Positions 1-10,084 of a DNA stretch of 64,000 bases are shown one piece after another (positions within the stretch are counted from its first letter, which is position 1; each line of letters opens with the position of its first letter). The notes beneath the pieces were generated by a model. It ran no database searches, was not told where the DNA came from, and saw only the letters and a program-made list of their open reading frames with translations. This stretch comes from Minisyncoccota bacterium (GTDB taxonomy: Bacteria; Patescibacteriota; Minisyncoccia; Moranbacterales; UBA2206): assembly GCA_031291955.1 (NCBI GenBank), contig JARLIA010000013.1, positions 21,512 through 85,511 on the forward strand, in the 5' to 3' direction. The position numbers were made by a program, and so were the translations under genes.

Positions 1-2
1 CT

Positions 3-791
3 CCGCGTTTTCACGCGATGGGCGTGCAGGCGGCCGAGCTGACTAAATACGCCTCCAACACCATGCTGGCTCTCAAAATTTCTTTCATCAATACGGTTGC
101 CGGTCTCTGTGACGTCATTTCGGCGGATATTGAAGAAGTGGCGGAAGGCATGGGAAGCGACCCCCGGATCGGGAGGGAGTTTTTGCACGCCAGCCTCGGG
201 TATGGTGGCAGCTGTTTTCCGAAAGACGTGAAGGCTATCATTGTGTTTGCGGATAAAATCGGACTACCCAAGCCGTATTTGTCGCTTCTTCGGGCAATCG
301 AGGAAGTGAATAAATATCAAAAAACCATTATTCCCCGAAAAATTCTGGCCCGCTTCGGCGCGGATCTGACCGGCAAAAAATTCGCTTTGTGGGGACTTTC
401 TTTCAAGGCGAAGACGAACGATATGCGCGAATCAGCTTCGATTGATATCGTGAAAATCCTGACCGCGCGCGGCGCTAAAATCGTAGCCTATGATCCCTTG
501 GCCGTGGAAGAAGCGCGGACGGTCTATCTCAAAGAATTTTCTGACAGCATCAGCTATGAGCAAAGCGACAAATATGCTATTTTGGATGGGTGCGACGCGT
601 TGATCATCGCTACTGAAACCGGGGAATATCGGACAATTGACATCACGGTGGCCAAAAAGGCGCTGAAAAACTCCATCATCTTCGACGGGCGCAATCTGCT
701 GGACATCCCGACGTTGAAAGAAGCCGGTTTTGAATACTACGCGGTCGGGCGCGGCGATAGGATTGATTGGCAAAAAATTGAAATCGATTGA
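3..791 (+). CDS. ugd: UDP-glucose 6-dehydrogenase, 5'-truncated by window edge
   Basis: AELTKYASN, GYGGSCFPKD catalytic motif, WGLSFK..T.DMRES and IFDGRN motifs; frame is open to the window start. Confidence 0.95.
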   Translation, partial: PRFHAMGVQAAELTKYASNTMLALKISFINTVAGLCDVISADIEEVAEGMGSDPRIGREFLHASLGYGGSCFPKDVKAIIVFADKIGLPKPYLSLLRAIEEVNKYQKTIIPRKILARFGADLTGKKFALWGLSFKAKTNDMRESASIDIVKILTARGAKIVAYDPLAVEEARTVYLKEFSDSISYEQSDKYAILDGCDALIIATETGEYRTIDITVAKKALKNSIIFDGRNLLDIPTLKEAGFEYYAVGRGDRIDWQKIEID

Positions 792-796
792 GATTT

Positions 797-1960
797 ATGA
801 AAATATTATTCTTTAATTATGAATATCCGCCGCTGGGCGGGGGAGCGGCTTATGCTTCTCAAAATATTCTCAAGGAATATTCCAAAATTCCGGGGCTGGA
901 AGTGGATTTTGTGACCTCGTCAATCGACAATGAGTACCATCTGGAAAAAGTTTCGGAAAATATTCGGGTGCATCGTTTGTCGATTGGAAAAAATGAGAGT
1001 AATATGACCTATCAATCGCAGAAGGAACTTTTGATTTACGCCTGGAAGGCGTATATATTCTCCAAAAAACTGATCGAAGAAGCGGAGAAAAATAAAAAGC
1101 CATACGATTTGACTCATTCTTTTTTTACCGTGCCGTGCGGATTTGTTTCCATGCTGCTCAAGAGAAAATATAAATTGCCGTACATCGTGTCGCTCCGCGG
1201 GTCGGACGTGCCAGGCTACAGCGAGCGCTTCTCGGCCATTTATTATATCCTAACTCCGATTATCGTTCATATCTGGAAAAAGGCCGAGGCGGTTATGGCC
1301 AATAGCCAGCTTCTGAAAGAGCTGGCGCTCAAGAGCTATTCCAAGCGGGAGATTGGCGTGATCTACAACGGCATTAACGTCGATTATTTCCGGCCGGGGG
1401 TTTTCCCGAAAAACAAGAACTTCACTTTACTCTGCGCTTCGCGCTTGTCTCGCCGGAAAGGTTTCAATTACGCCATTGACGCTTTTGCTAAAATCCATGA
1501 AAAATATCCCGAGGCGCGGCTGGTGATCGCCGGTGGAGAAGGGAATGCTGAGGAGGAGTGGAAGAAGCAGGTGAAAGATCTGAAACTGGAAGACAAAATT
1601 ACTTTTACCGGGTTTGTGACGCCTAATACCGAATTTTTGAAATATTACAACGCGGCCGACGTTTTTGTTTTCCCGTCCGCCAACGAAGGGATGAGCAACA
1701 ATATGCTGGAAGCCATGGCGTCAGGCCTCGCAGTTATCATGACGCCGACCGGCGGCGCCAACGAATTGGTGAAAGATGGCGCGAACGGTTACATTGTCGG
1801 CTTCCGTGACAGCGTTGCCATTGCCGAAAAAATGGAAACGCTGATCAACAATCCGGAACTTTGCCGCCGGATGGGCGAAGAAAGCCGCCGGATCGCCGAG
1901 ACGATGAGCTGGCAGAGCGTGGCGGGGGAATATTTCGAGCTGTATAAAAAAGTTATATGA
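797..1960 (+). CDS. Glycosyltransferase family 4 (GT-B)
   Basis: NYEYPPLGGG N-terminus; RKG and FVFPS.NEGM...LEAMASG motifs; ATG at 797 preferred over TTG 788. Confidence 0.92.
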   Translation: MKILFFNYEYPPLGGGAAYASQNILKEYSKIPGLEVDFVTSSIDNEYHLEKVSENIRVHRLSIGKNESNMTYQSQKELLIYAWKAYIFSKKLIEEAEKNKKPYDLTHSFFTVPCGFVSMLLKRKYKLPYIVSLRGSDVPGYSERFSAIYYILTPIIVHIWKKAEAVMANSQLLKELALKSYSKREIGVIYNGINVDYFRPGVFPKNKNFTLLCASRLSRRKGFNYAIDAFAKIHEKYPEARLVIAGGEGNAEEEWKKQVKDLKLEDKITFTGFVTPNTEFLKYYNAADVFVFPSANEGMSNNMLEAMASGLAVIMTPTGGANELVKDGANGYIVGFRDSVAIAEKMETLINNPELCRRMGEESRRIAETMSWQSVAGEYFELYKKVI

Positions 1961-2880
1961 AAAAATACACCAAACGGATCCTGAAAACCATCGTCAGCCT
2001 GATTTTTTTGTTTTGGGTGATCTTTAAAGTTAACTGGGCTTACGCCTGGAAATCTTTCCTGACCATAAACGCGTATTATCTGATTGCTTATATTCTCGTA
2101 ATTATTTTGGGAATGTTTATTTGTGCTTACAAATGGCAGATATTGGCCAAATACAAAGAAATCAATCTCAATTTCGGCCATTTTTTCAAATTTTATCTGG
2201 CCGGCACGTTCATCAATAATTTTATGCCGTCTTTTATCGGCGGCGACACGTTCAAAGCTTACGAAACTGGCAAAACCGATGGCCGCTATATCGAAGCCGC
2301 TTCTTCGGTCATGATGGATCGCATCACCGGCCTTTTCGCGGCCACCATTTTAGCCATAATTTTCACACTGCTCAATCTCAAGACCGTTTTGGGCAGTCCC
2401 GTTCTGATCATTGTCAATTTGGCGGTCCTGTTGTCTTTTTCCATCGACATCACCATAATGCTGGTGAGAAAAAAAGCTTTTTGGTCCCGTTTCAAGAAAT
2501 ATTTTCCGGAAAAATTCGTGGCGTTCATGATTGATTTGGGCACCTATAACGGGGATCACAGCGTCATGAACAAAACGATCCTTCTGGGAATGCTGTTTGA
2601 TTTTGTCGGTATTGCTCTGGCCAACTACATCCTTTTCGCCGCGCTGGGGATAAAAATCGGAATGATCAATTATCTGTCGGTCATCTTTTTGATCAGCATC
2701 ATCAGTTCGGTGCCGATCACCATCAATAATATCGGAATCAAAGCCTGGTCCTACATCGCTTTTTTCGGCGTCTTCGGGCTGGATTCGTCTTTGGTCGCGA
2801 CCGTCTCCGTCCTTAGCAGCGTCATCCAAGTGGTCATCAGTCTCTTCGCTCTGCCAGTCTATCTTAGAAGCAAAAAATAG
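1957..2880 (+). CDS. Lysylphosphatidylglycerol synthase TM-region / flippase-like membrane protein (UPF0104)
   Basis: Polytopic; NNFMPSFIGGD, DRITG and VPITINNIG motifs. Confidence 0.85.
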   Translation: MKKYTKRILKTIVSLIFLFWVIFKVNWAYAWKSFLTINAYYLIAYILVIILGMFICAYKWQILAKYKEINLNFGHFFKFYLAGTFINNFMPSFIGGDTFKAYETGKTDGRYIEAASSVMMDRITGLFAATILAIIFTLLNLKTVLGSPVLIIVNLAVLLSFSIDITIMLVRKKAFWSRFKKYFPEKFVAFMIDLGTYNGDHSVMNKTILLGMLFDFVGIALANYILFAALGIKIGMINYLSVIFLISIISSVPITINNIGIKAWSYIAFFGVFGLDSSLVATVSVLSSVIQVVISLFALPVYLRSKK

Positions 2881-2881
2881 T

Positions 2882-4516
2882 CTAATTCATTTTCACTTCA
2901 TCCTCTGACACTTCCGGTCCGATCTGGATCGTTTTTATTTTATTCTCAAAATCATCGCCGGTGAGTTGGATATTTTTGGAAGCGGCGCCGGTCACGGAAA
3001 GGCAGATAAAATTATTGGCGGACAGAGAGCAATTGGAGTTTGTCAGGGTTATATCGCTGGAATTATCGATATCGTAAGTCGGGCCATATTTGGGAGCCAG
3101 ACTGACGTTGTCAAGCGTGATATTTTGGGCGTCGTTCATCTGGAGTCCGTCCCGGGACTTGGTAACTGTTACGTTTTTTAGGTCGATATTGCTGATGGAA
3201 TCTTCGCCTGTGATACCTATGAAATTAAGAGCGGCGCCGGTATTTTTGCAGGCAACGTTTTCAATGTGGATGTTTTGGAAGGTGGGCGGTTGGAGCGTAT
3301 ATTTGATATTGCCTTTTTCGTAATCAGTATTGAATTGGATGACGGCTTGTGAAACAGAATCGATATTCATATCCTCAATCCAAATGTTTTCGGCCGTGCC
3401 GCTCCGTTGAATATTTGATTTAACCCGGAAGCCGTATTGCGCTTGGTCTATGGTGAAATTTTTGGCCAGGACGTTCCGGACGTCAGCCGACATTTCGCTG
3501 CCGATGGCGATCGCTCCGTGGGCGTTATTGACAAAATTATTTTTCAAAACCACGTTCTCTGTTGGTTTGTCTACTCGGCGGCCGTCGTTGTCGCGGCCGG
3601 ATTTGATCGATATGGCGTCGTCGCCTGTCGTAAATGTCGAGTCGGCCACCAGGACGTTTTTGGATGAATCGATATCCACGCCGTCAGTACTTGGCCCTTT
3701 TTCAGTCTGGATGTTGACGTTTTTGACAATCACATTATGGCTGTAAAGCGGATGGATGGTCCACATCGGTCCGTTGATGAGTGTAACGCCGTTGACCAGG
3801 ATCCGGTCGCAATTCACAAATTCCACGAAAGCCGGACGGAGGCCGTTCTTGGGAACACCGAAAACACGCTGATCGACCGGCACGTTTTTCTCACCCATGG
3901 AGTAGAGCTGGGCGATGGCGCCGTCCGAAGACATGGCCCACCAATATTTTTCGCCTTGGCCGTTGATTTGCCCTTGTCCGGTAAGGGCCACGTTTTGGAC
4001 GTCTTGGGCGTAAATAGGCGGGGAATAGTTATAATATTCAATCCCTTCGAAACGCGAGAAGACTACCGGCAGATAATCGGTCGGGTCGGTGGAAAAAAGA
4101 AGAGTAGCGCCTTTTGCGACGTCCAGATCAATGTTACTCATTAGGTGAATCGAACCGGTGAGCCAAAGGCCGGTCGGGACTTCGACTTTTCCGCCGCCCT
4201 GCCGCGCGCAATCATAAACCGCTTCGGTGATGGCTTTGGTGTTCAAGGTTTTTCCGCCGGATGCCGCGCCGTAGTCTTTGATGTTGCAGATGCGGTCGGG
4301 AAAGTTTGTTTCTTGGATTTTTAAATTATTGTTAAATGGCGTGGAAAGCGCGAGCGTGGCGGGCGACGGGGGAATGAGCGCTGGTCGAGATGATTCTTGT
4401 ATTTGGATATAAACGGCTTTGTCCTTTTTGAAAGACGCGGCCAAACCGGCCGCGGCGGCCGCGATGATGAGAAGGGAAATTATGGTTTTGAGATAATAAT
4501 GATGACGGGAAGACAT
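2882..4516 (-). CDS. Glycoside hydrolase family 28 (polygalacturonase-like beta-helix), membrane-anchored or secreted
   Basis: N-terminal hydrophobic segment; DYGA, GSIHL.S, TDGVD, GDDAISIKSG, HGAIAIGSE and RVK motifs. Confidence 0.9.
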   Translation of the reverse strand: MSSRHHYYLKTIISLLIIAAAAAGLAASFKKDKAVYIQIQESSRPALIPPSPATLALSTPFNNNLKIQETNFPDRICNIKDYGAASGGKTLNTKAITEAVYDCARQGGGKVEVPTGLWLTGSIHLMSNIDLDVAKGATLLFSTDPTDYLPVVFSRFEGIEYYNYSPPIYAQDVQNVALTGQGQINGQGEKYWWAMSSDGAIAQLYSMGEKNVPVDQRVFGVPKNGLRPAFVEFVNCDRILVNGVTLINGPMWTIHPLYSHNVIVKNVNIQTEKGPSTDGVDIDSSKNVLVADSTFTTGDDAISIKSGRDNDGRRVDKPTENVVLKNNFVNNAHGAIAIGSEMSADVRNVLAKNFTIDQAQYGFRVKSNIQRSGTAENIWIEDMNIDSVSQAVIQFNTDYEKGNIKYTLQPPTFQNIHIENVACKNTGAALNFIGITGEDSISNIDLKNVTVTKSRDGLQMNDAQNITLDNVSLAPKYGPTYDIDNSSDITLTNSNCSLSANNFICLSVTGAASKNIQLTGDDFENKIKTIQIGPEVSEDEVKMN

Positions 4517-4581
4517 TGGGCTGGTTTTGGATTTTAATTTATTTTTTTATTGACGTTTTAAGGATGTGCCATGTACAAAGA

Positions 4582-6480
4582 CTATTTCTTAGCGATACTG
4601 GCGGCACTCATCACTTTCACGAAGTTATTCGGCCGGCCGTCGAAAATTATTTTGAAATCACCACCGTCGGGCGAGTAAAGCCTATCGAAATCATAGTGTG
4701 ATTTCAGAACCGAACCCATAGCCATGGAGCGGTTACCGCGGTCGGTGGAAGCGACAAAATAATCAAAGTTGACGCCTTGGAGGTCTTTTGTTTTGAAACC
4801 GGTGATGCATTTTCCGACGAACGTTTCACAAACAGCCCCTTTGTCGGTCCAAATGATGAGATTTTGGGCGTTGGGGAGCGCGTTGAGATATTGAGCCGCT
4901 TCCCAGCTTCCATCCCCCACCCCCTTAAGATTAAGAATATATTTTTGCGGCAAGAGACCTGAGGCGTAGGTGAAATAGAAAGGGCGGACAGAAAACAGGC
5001 TCCAGGCTGAAATTAAGATTATGGCCGGATAAACAACATAAGATTTTGCGATCAGCTTGTATTTTCCATTTTCAAACCAAGCAACGATCTGGTCGATTCC
5101 GATCGCGGCCATGATCATGGCCAGGGGATAGAGCGCGATCTGATAGCGCACCATATCAGCCACGCCGTCCACGGCTGAACCGAGATAATAGATGGCCATG
5201 AATAAAAACAGGTACAGAATATAGTTTGACTCTTGGGACAAATTTTTCCGCAGGGTGTTTTTGCCGACAGAAAAGATCAACGCAAGATATGCCAAAGGCG
5301 TGAGACCGAAGAAAAGCGCCCAGAAATCCGAGAAGAAATCGCGGGACAGGCGGCTTGGATCGGTGACGAAAGATTTTCCTGATTTGGGCGAAGACAGGAT
5401 ATTTTGGAAATCGTAAATCTTCATGCCGGTCCAAGTGTTGATAAGGACAAAAATAATGACGAGCAAAAAAATCACTCCGCCCAAGCGGACGAGAAGATTT
5501 TTGTGACGCGCCAGAAAATCCAACGGGTAACGCAGAACAATGCTTTTGAGAAAAATGGCGTCCAAAAGAACCAAGACAATCACGGCGGCAAAGATCGGCC
5601 AGACGGATTTGAAAGCAGCCGAGAGGATAGTGCCGCCCAGGATCATCTGCGGACTGACCCAGGTGGCTGGGAAGAGGAGGCCGAAGGTGATTGCCGACAT
5701 AAGGATGACCAGAAAAAAATCCAACAGAGTTTTTTTGAAATATCCGTCCGCTGATTCATTTTCTTTCTTTTCAAAAATGTAACGCAGGAAAATCAATAAA
5801 AAGAAATACACGAAAACAACATTGGCGACGTATTTGGTGAGAAGCGCGAGACCCAAAAAGACGCCGGCGAGCAGGATGTATTTTTTTTGTTTTAGAAATT
5901 CCGGGATGTCCAGTTCGAATTTTTCTTTCGGCGCGGCTATTTCTTCATTTTTATAATGGATAAAATAGCTCAAAAGAGACAGTCCGACAAAGATCCATAA
6001 CAGGGAATCTGGGTTGATGATAAGCGACATGCCGAGAATGATCGGAGACAAGCCGATGAGGATGGTGGCAATGAGGGCGGTCCGGTCGCCCAATAGCTTC
6101 CGGATAAAAAAGAACAGCAGGAGAAGTCCGACTAAAGTAAAAAGATAATTGGGGAGACGGAAAGAAGAATAGACCTTGTAGACCTGGGCGGCCATGTCTT
6201 GAGTCTTAGGATCAGAGAGGCCCGATTTTATCGTCAGTGGATCGATCGCCCAAAGTCCGGGTCCCGTGATGATGGCAGAAGTGATGCCTGGCTTGTCGTT
6301 GATGTTGGTGCTCCGCCATTTCTGAGCCGCGACGGCTGTCCAGAATTTGGGAATCCGGGCAAAAGTCCAATATGGTTCGTCGACGGCTGAAAAGCGGGAC
6401 AGACGCGGCAGACCCAAGAGTAGATTGATCCCCAAAACGGCAAAAAGCACTAAAAAAATCGTTAATTTTTTGCGATCCAT
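4582..6480 (-). CDS. ArnT/PMT-like GT-C membrane glycosyltransferase (GT39/GT83-like)
   Basis: VDEPYW loop motif, GLALLTKY, many TM helices. Confidence 0.8.
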   Translation of the reverse strand: MDRKKLTIFLVLFAVLGINLLLGLPRLSRFSAVDEPYWTFARIPKFWTAVAAQKWRSTNINDKPGITSAIITGPGLWAIDPLTIKSGLSDPKTQDMAAQVYKVYSSFRLPNYLFTLVGLLLLFFFIRKLLGDRTALIATILIGLSPIILGMSLIINPDSLLWIFVGLSLLSYFIHYKNEEIAAPKEKFELDIPEFLKQKKYILLAGVFLGLALLTKYVANVVFVYFFLLIFLRYIFEKKENESADGYFKKTLLDFFLVILMSAITFGLLFPATWVSPQMILGGTILSAAFKSVWPIFAAVIVLVLLDAIFLKSIVLRYPLDFLARHKNLLVRLGGVIFLLVIIFVLINTWTGMKIYDFQNILSSPKSGKSFVTDPSRLSRDFFSDFWALFFGLTPLAYLALIFSVGKNTLRKNLSQESNYILYLFLFMAIYYLGSAVDGVADMVRYQIALYPLAMIMAAIGIDQIVAWFENGKYKLIAKSYVVYPAIILISAWSLFSVRPFYFTYASGLLPQKYILNLKGVGDGSWEAAQYLNALPNAQNLIIWTDKGAVCETFVGKCITGFKTKDLQGVNFDYFVASTDRGNRSMAMGSVLKSHYDFDRLYSPDGGDFKIIFDGRPNNFVKVMSAASIAKK

Positions 6481-6614
6481 AGTCTTTTTTTAAAAGTTTT
6501 ATACAGTTTGGATTATACCGTAATCCGGAGATAAAGTCCAAGGATTTTTAAAATTATTCCAGTTGACCCAGTCGCGCCAAGTCTGTGAATTTGAAATAAA
6601 TCTTTTCGACGATG

Positions 6615-6623
6615 TGTTATAAT
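6615..6623 (+). promoter_or_regulatory. Extended -10 promoter (TGn-TATAAT) upstream of rubrerythrin
   Basis: TGTTATAAT ending 36 nt before ATG 6660; no clear -35. Confidence 0.5.
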
Positions 6624-6659
6624 AAAATTATCAGACCGTTAATCATTAATATAAAAACT

Positions 6660-7160
6660 ATGTCCAAGACTCAAGATGATCTGAAGGCAGCCTTTGCTGG
6701 TGAGTCGCAGGCCAATCGGCGCTATCTGGCATTTGCCAAGAAGGCTGAAAGCGAAAACCAGCCGGGCGTCGCCAAGCTTTTCCGGGCGGCGGCCGAAGGC
6801 GAGACGGTCCACGCGCTCAATCATTTCCGGAATCTCGGCGAAACGAAAGGCACGGCTGAAAATTTGGCGGCCGCGATTGCCGGAGAAACTTATGAGATTG
6901 AAAAGATGTATCCGGAATTTTTGGGGGACGCTCAAGACGAAAACGAAAAGAGGGCTGAGATGTCTTTTTCCGGCGCGCTGAAAGTGGAGCGGGTTCACCA
7001 AGGTCTTTTTAAAGGAGCTCTTGCGAAATTGGAAGCGGGCGAAGATGTGGCTGATGCGGACTTTTGGATCTGTCCGGTCTGCGGATTTCCAGCCAAAGAC
7101 CACGCGCCGGGCGTATGCCCCGTCTGCGCCACGCCGGGGGACAAGTTCTACAAGGTCTAG
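6660..7160 (+). CDS. rbr: Rubrerythrin
   Basis: AFAGESQA, EGETVHA and ERVH diiron motifs; C-terminal CPVCG...CPVC rubredoxin knuckles; ATG at 6660. Confidence 0.92.
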   Translation: MSKTQDDLKAAFAGESQANRRYLAFAKKAESENQPGVAKLFRAAAEGETVHALNHFRNLGETKGTAENLAAAIAGETYEIEKMYPEFLGDAQDENEKRAEMSFSGALKVERVHQGLFKGALAKLEAGEDVADADFWICPVCGFPAKDHAPGVCPVCATPGDKFYKV

Positions 7161-7180
7161 TTTTAAAAAACTTCACATTT

Positions 7181-7213
7181 CACAAAAGCCGGAAAGCATT
7201 TCCGGTTTTTGTG
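7181..7213 (+). terminator. Intrinsic terminator
   Basis: CACAAAAGCCGGAAA-GCA-TTTCCGGTTTTTGTG hairpin followed by a T-run. Confidence 0.75.
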
Positions 7214-7322
7214 TTTTTTGAGGGCGAATTATTTTCTTTGCCAAATCTGGTTTTGGACGTAGAATGGAGATGTAAGGAGATATGTCCTTACATGTGTATG
7301 TAAATAACTAAAAATAAAATAT

Positions 7323-7499
7323 ATGCGAAAAATCGAAGAGCAAAATGTCAGAAAATTGACAAAAACAGGAAGACAATCAATTTGTGTGACAGTGCCAATT
7401 GAAATGATCCGCGATCTTGGCTGGCGCGAAAAACAAAAGGTGGTCGTCAAAAGAATCTCCGGCGGATTGCAAATTAAGGATTGGCGGAGTAAGAAGTAA
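7323..7499 (+). CDS. AbrB/MazE/SpoVT-family DNA-binding small protein (58 aa; absent from the ORF track)
   Basis: Hand translation MRKIEEQNVRKLTKTGRQSICVTVPIEMIRDLGWREKQKVVVKRISGGLQIKDWRSKK fits the swapped-hairpin pattern (K.G.S..VTVP.E..R.LGW). Confidence 0.8.
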   Translation: MRKIEEQNVRKLTKTGRQSICVTVPIEMIRDLGWREKQKVVVKRISGGLQIKDWRSKK

Positions 7500-7534
7500 G
7501 GCATGGCAAGGTTTAATATGAAAACACACGAATT

Positions 7535-9160
7535 ATGAATATTGAAGAATTAAAAGAGTTGTTTCGGAGAAATGAATCAGAGAACTTAGAATTTAAAGAA
7601 GCTAAGAATAGTTTTTCTATTTTGGGAAATGATGGTAGACAAAAAAAATCGGTTTTAGGATATGTTGTTGCTGTAGGAAACGAAGGAGGCGGAAAGCTCA
7701 TTCTGGGAGTTGATGATGATAAAAATATCGTTGGAACCAGAGCAATTGAAAGGATTGAAGATGCTAAATCGCAAATATATAATAAGTTGAATTTCAGAAT
7801 TGATATCGAAGAAATATTCGACGAAGCGAACAATAGAATTGTTGTTATAGATATTCCTTCACGACAATACGGAAAACTGTTGAAGTTTTATGGTATACCG
7901 CTAATGAGAGTAGGTGAAGAGTTGCTCGAAATGGATGAGACCACACAGAGGAATATATTGATGGAGCTTCATGCCGACTTTTCCGCGCAGACCATACCCG
8001 GATCAAGCCTGGATGAATTGGATTCTGATGCCCTGGAGCAGTTGAAATTCCTCTATGCAAAGAGAAATAAGAATGGTGGAATGGATGAAAGGCAATTGCT
8101 TTTGGATTTGCATCTAGTGGATGATGGTAGACTGACATATGCAGCCCTTATTCTTCTCGGAAAAGAATCCGCTATAAGAAAGCATCTTGATAATGCAGAG
8201 ATTATTTTCCAATATCGATCACACAGAGATAATGAAAAATATCAAGACAGGGTGGATTATAAGAGGGCTTTTTTATTGTTGCAAAATGATTTATGGGAGA
8301 AAATAAATGCAAGGAATCAAATCGTGCAAATGGCAGAAGGCTTGCTGACAAATGAAATACCCGCCTTCCAGGAGGAAGTCATTAAAGAGATTATATTAAA
8401 TGCAGTTGCTCATCGTGATTATGCCGAACCAAGCTCTATTATCATAAAACAATCTCCCGAAGAATTTTTTATTCAAAGTCCGGGCGGCTTTCTTTCGGGT
8501 GTTAATCCTAAAAATATACTGAGGCAGACTAAGCCGCGCAATCGTCGCATTGCCGAAACATTGCAGCACTTAGGTTTTGTTCAGCGTGCTGGACAAGGCA
8601 TGGATATAGTCTTTAAAAAAACTCTAGAGGAGGGCAAGGGATTGCCGGATTTTTCCCAGTCAGATGATTTTCAAGTAAGTCTTTCTATTTCAGCGATTGT
8701 TAAGGATGAAAATTTTGTACTGTATTTGGAAAAGGTATCGCAAAAAAAACAGATTTCATTTTCCGTAGATGACTTAATGATTTTGCAAAATATTGAAAAT
8801 CATCCTCAGAAAATATTAAGGAATGATGTGCAGAAATTTATTGATCTAGGTATTGTTGAGCAGGTTGGAAAAACAAGGGGGGCAAAATATTGTCTTTCCC
8901 GTAATTATTATGCTGCACAAGGGAAGTCGGGGAAACATACAAGAATAATGGGAATTTCGAGAGATGCAAAAAAACAACTCATAGCTGATCATCTTAAAAG
9001 AAACATCGGCGGTGGCAGGTTGGAAGATTTCGCCGAAGCTTTTCCTGAAATGAAACGACAAGACATTTCCAATCTTTTGCAGGAATTAAAGCGTCAGGGT
9101 AAGATTTTTAAAATGGGCGGAACCAAGAATGGTGTTTGGAAATTAAATAATTCTAAATAA
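7535..9160 (+). CDS. Schlafen/AlbA_2 domain + HATPase_c_4 (RecG C-terminal-like) + wHTH protein
   Basis: ESENLEFKEA and VAVGNEGGGKLILGVDD (AlbA_2); EIILNAVAHRDY, SPGGF, PRNRRIA, RAGQGMD (HATPase_c_4); C-terminal wHTH; visibly AT-richer than flanks. Confidence 0.88.
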   Translation: MNIEELKELFRRNESENLEFKEAKNSFSILGNDGRQKKSVLGYVVAVGNEGGGKLILGVDDDKNIVGTRAIERIEDAKSQIYNKLNFRIDIEEIFDEANNRIVVIDIPSRQYGKLLKFYGIPLMRVGEELLEMDETTQRNILMELHADFSAQTIPGSSLDELDSDALEQLKFLYAKRNKNGGMDERQLLLDLHLVDDGRLTYAALILLGKESAIRKHLDNAEIIFQYRSHRDNEKYQDRVDYKRAFLLLQNDLWEKINARNQIVQMAEGLLTNEIPAFQEEVIKEIILNAVAHRDYAEPSSIIIKQSPEEFFIQSPGGFLSGVNPKNILRQTKPRNRRIAETLQHLGFVQRAGQGMDIVFKKTLEEGKGLPDFSQSDDFQVSLSISAIVKDENFVLYLEKVSQKKQISFSVDDLMILQNIENHPQKILRNDVQKFIDLGIVEQVGKTRGAKYCLSRNYYAAQGKSGKHTRIMGISRDAKKQLIADHLKRNIGGGRLEDFAEAFPEMKRQDISNLLQELKRQGKIFKMGGTKNGVWKLNNSK

Positions 9161-9328
9161 TTATTAACATTAAATTGCTAAGAATACCTTTATTACAAGG
9201 AAAAAAATTAAATAATTAAGAGTATAATCGTAAAGCTTCCTTTATAAGTGAAAAAAAATTGCAATGTAACTGCCTATCTCCTCACATCAAAGGCAGCATA
9301 ACCGCGGAAAAATTTGATCACAAAAAGC

Positions 9329-9353
9329 AAAAACCGCCTTCCGGCGGTTTTTT
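9329..9353. terminator. Bidirectional intrinsic terminator
   Basis: AAAAACCGCC-TTCC-GGCGGTTTTTT between convergent genes. Confidence 0.75.
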
Positions 9354-9365
9354 AAAATTTTTGAA

Positions 9366-9587
9366 TTATTTTTTCTTTCCTTTGCTTCCTTTCATGAGCA
9401 TGGCCGCGGCCGCGCCGAGGGCTGCTCCGATGCCGGCCGAGATGGCGGCGGCTTTCCCGGGGTTCTTTTTGATGTAGGCTTCCGCGGATTTGGCGGCGGC
9501 TTCCATATCCTTTTTTATCTTCTTGAGTTCGGTCTCGACCGTCTTTTGAACTTCCTCGGCTTTTTGGGCCATTTCTTTTTTGTCCAT
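9366..9587 (-). CDS. ElaB/YqjD/DUF883-like tail-anchored small protein
   Basis: Charged helical N-terminus, then YIKKNPGKAAAISAGIGAALG TM segment and basic tail. Confidence 0.7.
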   Translation of the reverse strand: MDKKEMAQKAEEVQKTVETELKKIKKDMEAAAKSAEAYIKKNPGKAAAISAGIGAALGAAAAMLMKGSKGKKK

Positions 9588-9607
9588 GTGATTATTAAAG
9601 TTAAAAA

Positions 9608-9913
9608 TTATTTCTTATCGGAAAGTGTCAGGGTGGCCCATGAGAAAATGATTATGACGGCGCCGACGATGGCATAACCCGCTCCGTTACCATATCCTGT
9701 GGCGCGGCCGATGATTTGGGCCAGGCCGACCAAAAGGAAGATAAATCCAAGTATCAGAACAATTGAGGCGATTGTTTTTTTGACGGCCGTTCCGAAAGCT
9801 CTTTTTATTTTTGCTTGCAGGTCTTTTACGAAAGAAATCGTAAAATATTCCAGCAGTCCCGAAAAAATCTCACTGGTTTTTTTGGATTTGGAATTGTTTT
9901 TTTGTTCGGTCAT
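9608..9913 (-). CDS. Two-TM membrane protein (YqjE / holin_3_6-like)
   Basis: Two TM helices, G.GAGYAIVG; adjacent to the DUF883-like gene as in yqjDE. Confidence 0.55.
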   Translation of the reverse strand: MTEQKNNSKSKKTSEIFSGLLEYFTISFVKDLQAKIKRAFGTAVKKTIASIVLILGFIFLLVGLAQIIGRATGYGNGAGYAIVGAVIIIFSWATLTLSDKK

Positions 9914-10084
9914 AATTTTGTCGGCGTTTCAATTTTCTTTATTTTAGTATAGCACACTTTTTAAAATCCATTAACACTTTCGGACCCGCGGCGTATAAGC
10001 TTTCGGCGCTTTGACCTTTTGGCGCCGATGTTTTAGAATTAAATAAGCCTATTGAGCGCCTTGTTATTTATAAGTACAAAAAAT

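Noticed and set aside
9608-9913. Phage holin indicating a prophage
   Set aside because: No endolysin or structural genes; pairing with a DUF883-like gene matches the chromosomal yqjDE-type arrangement
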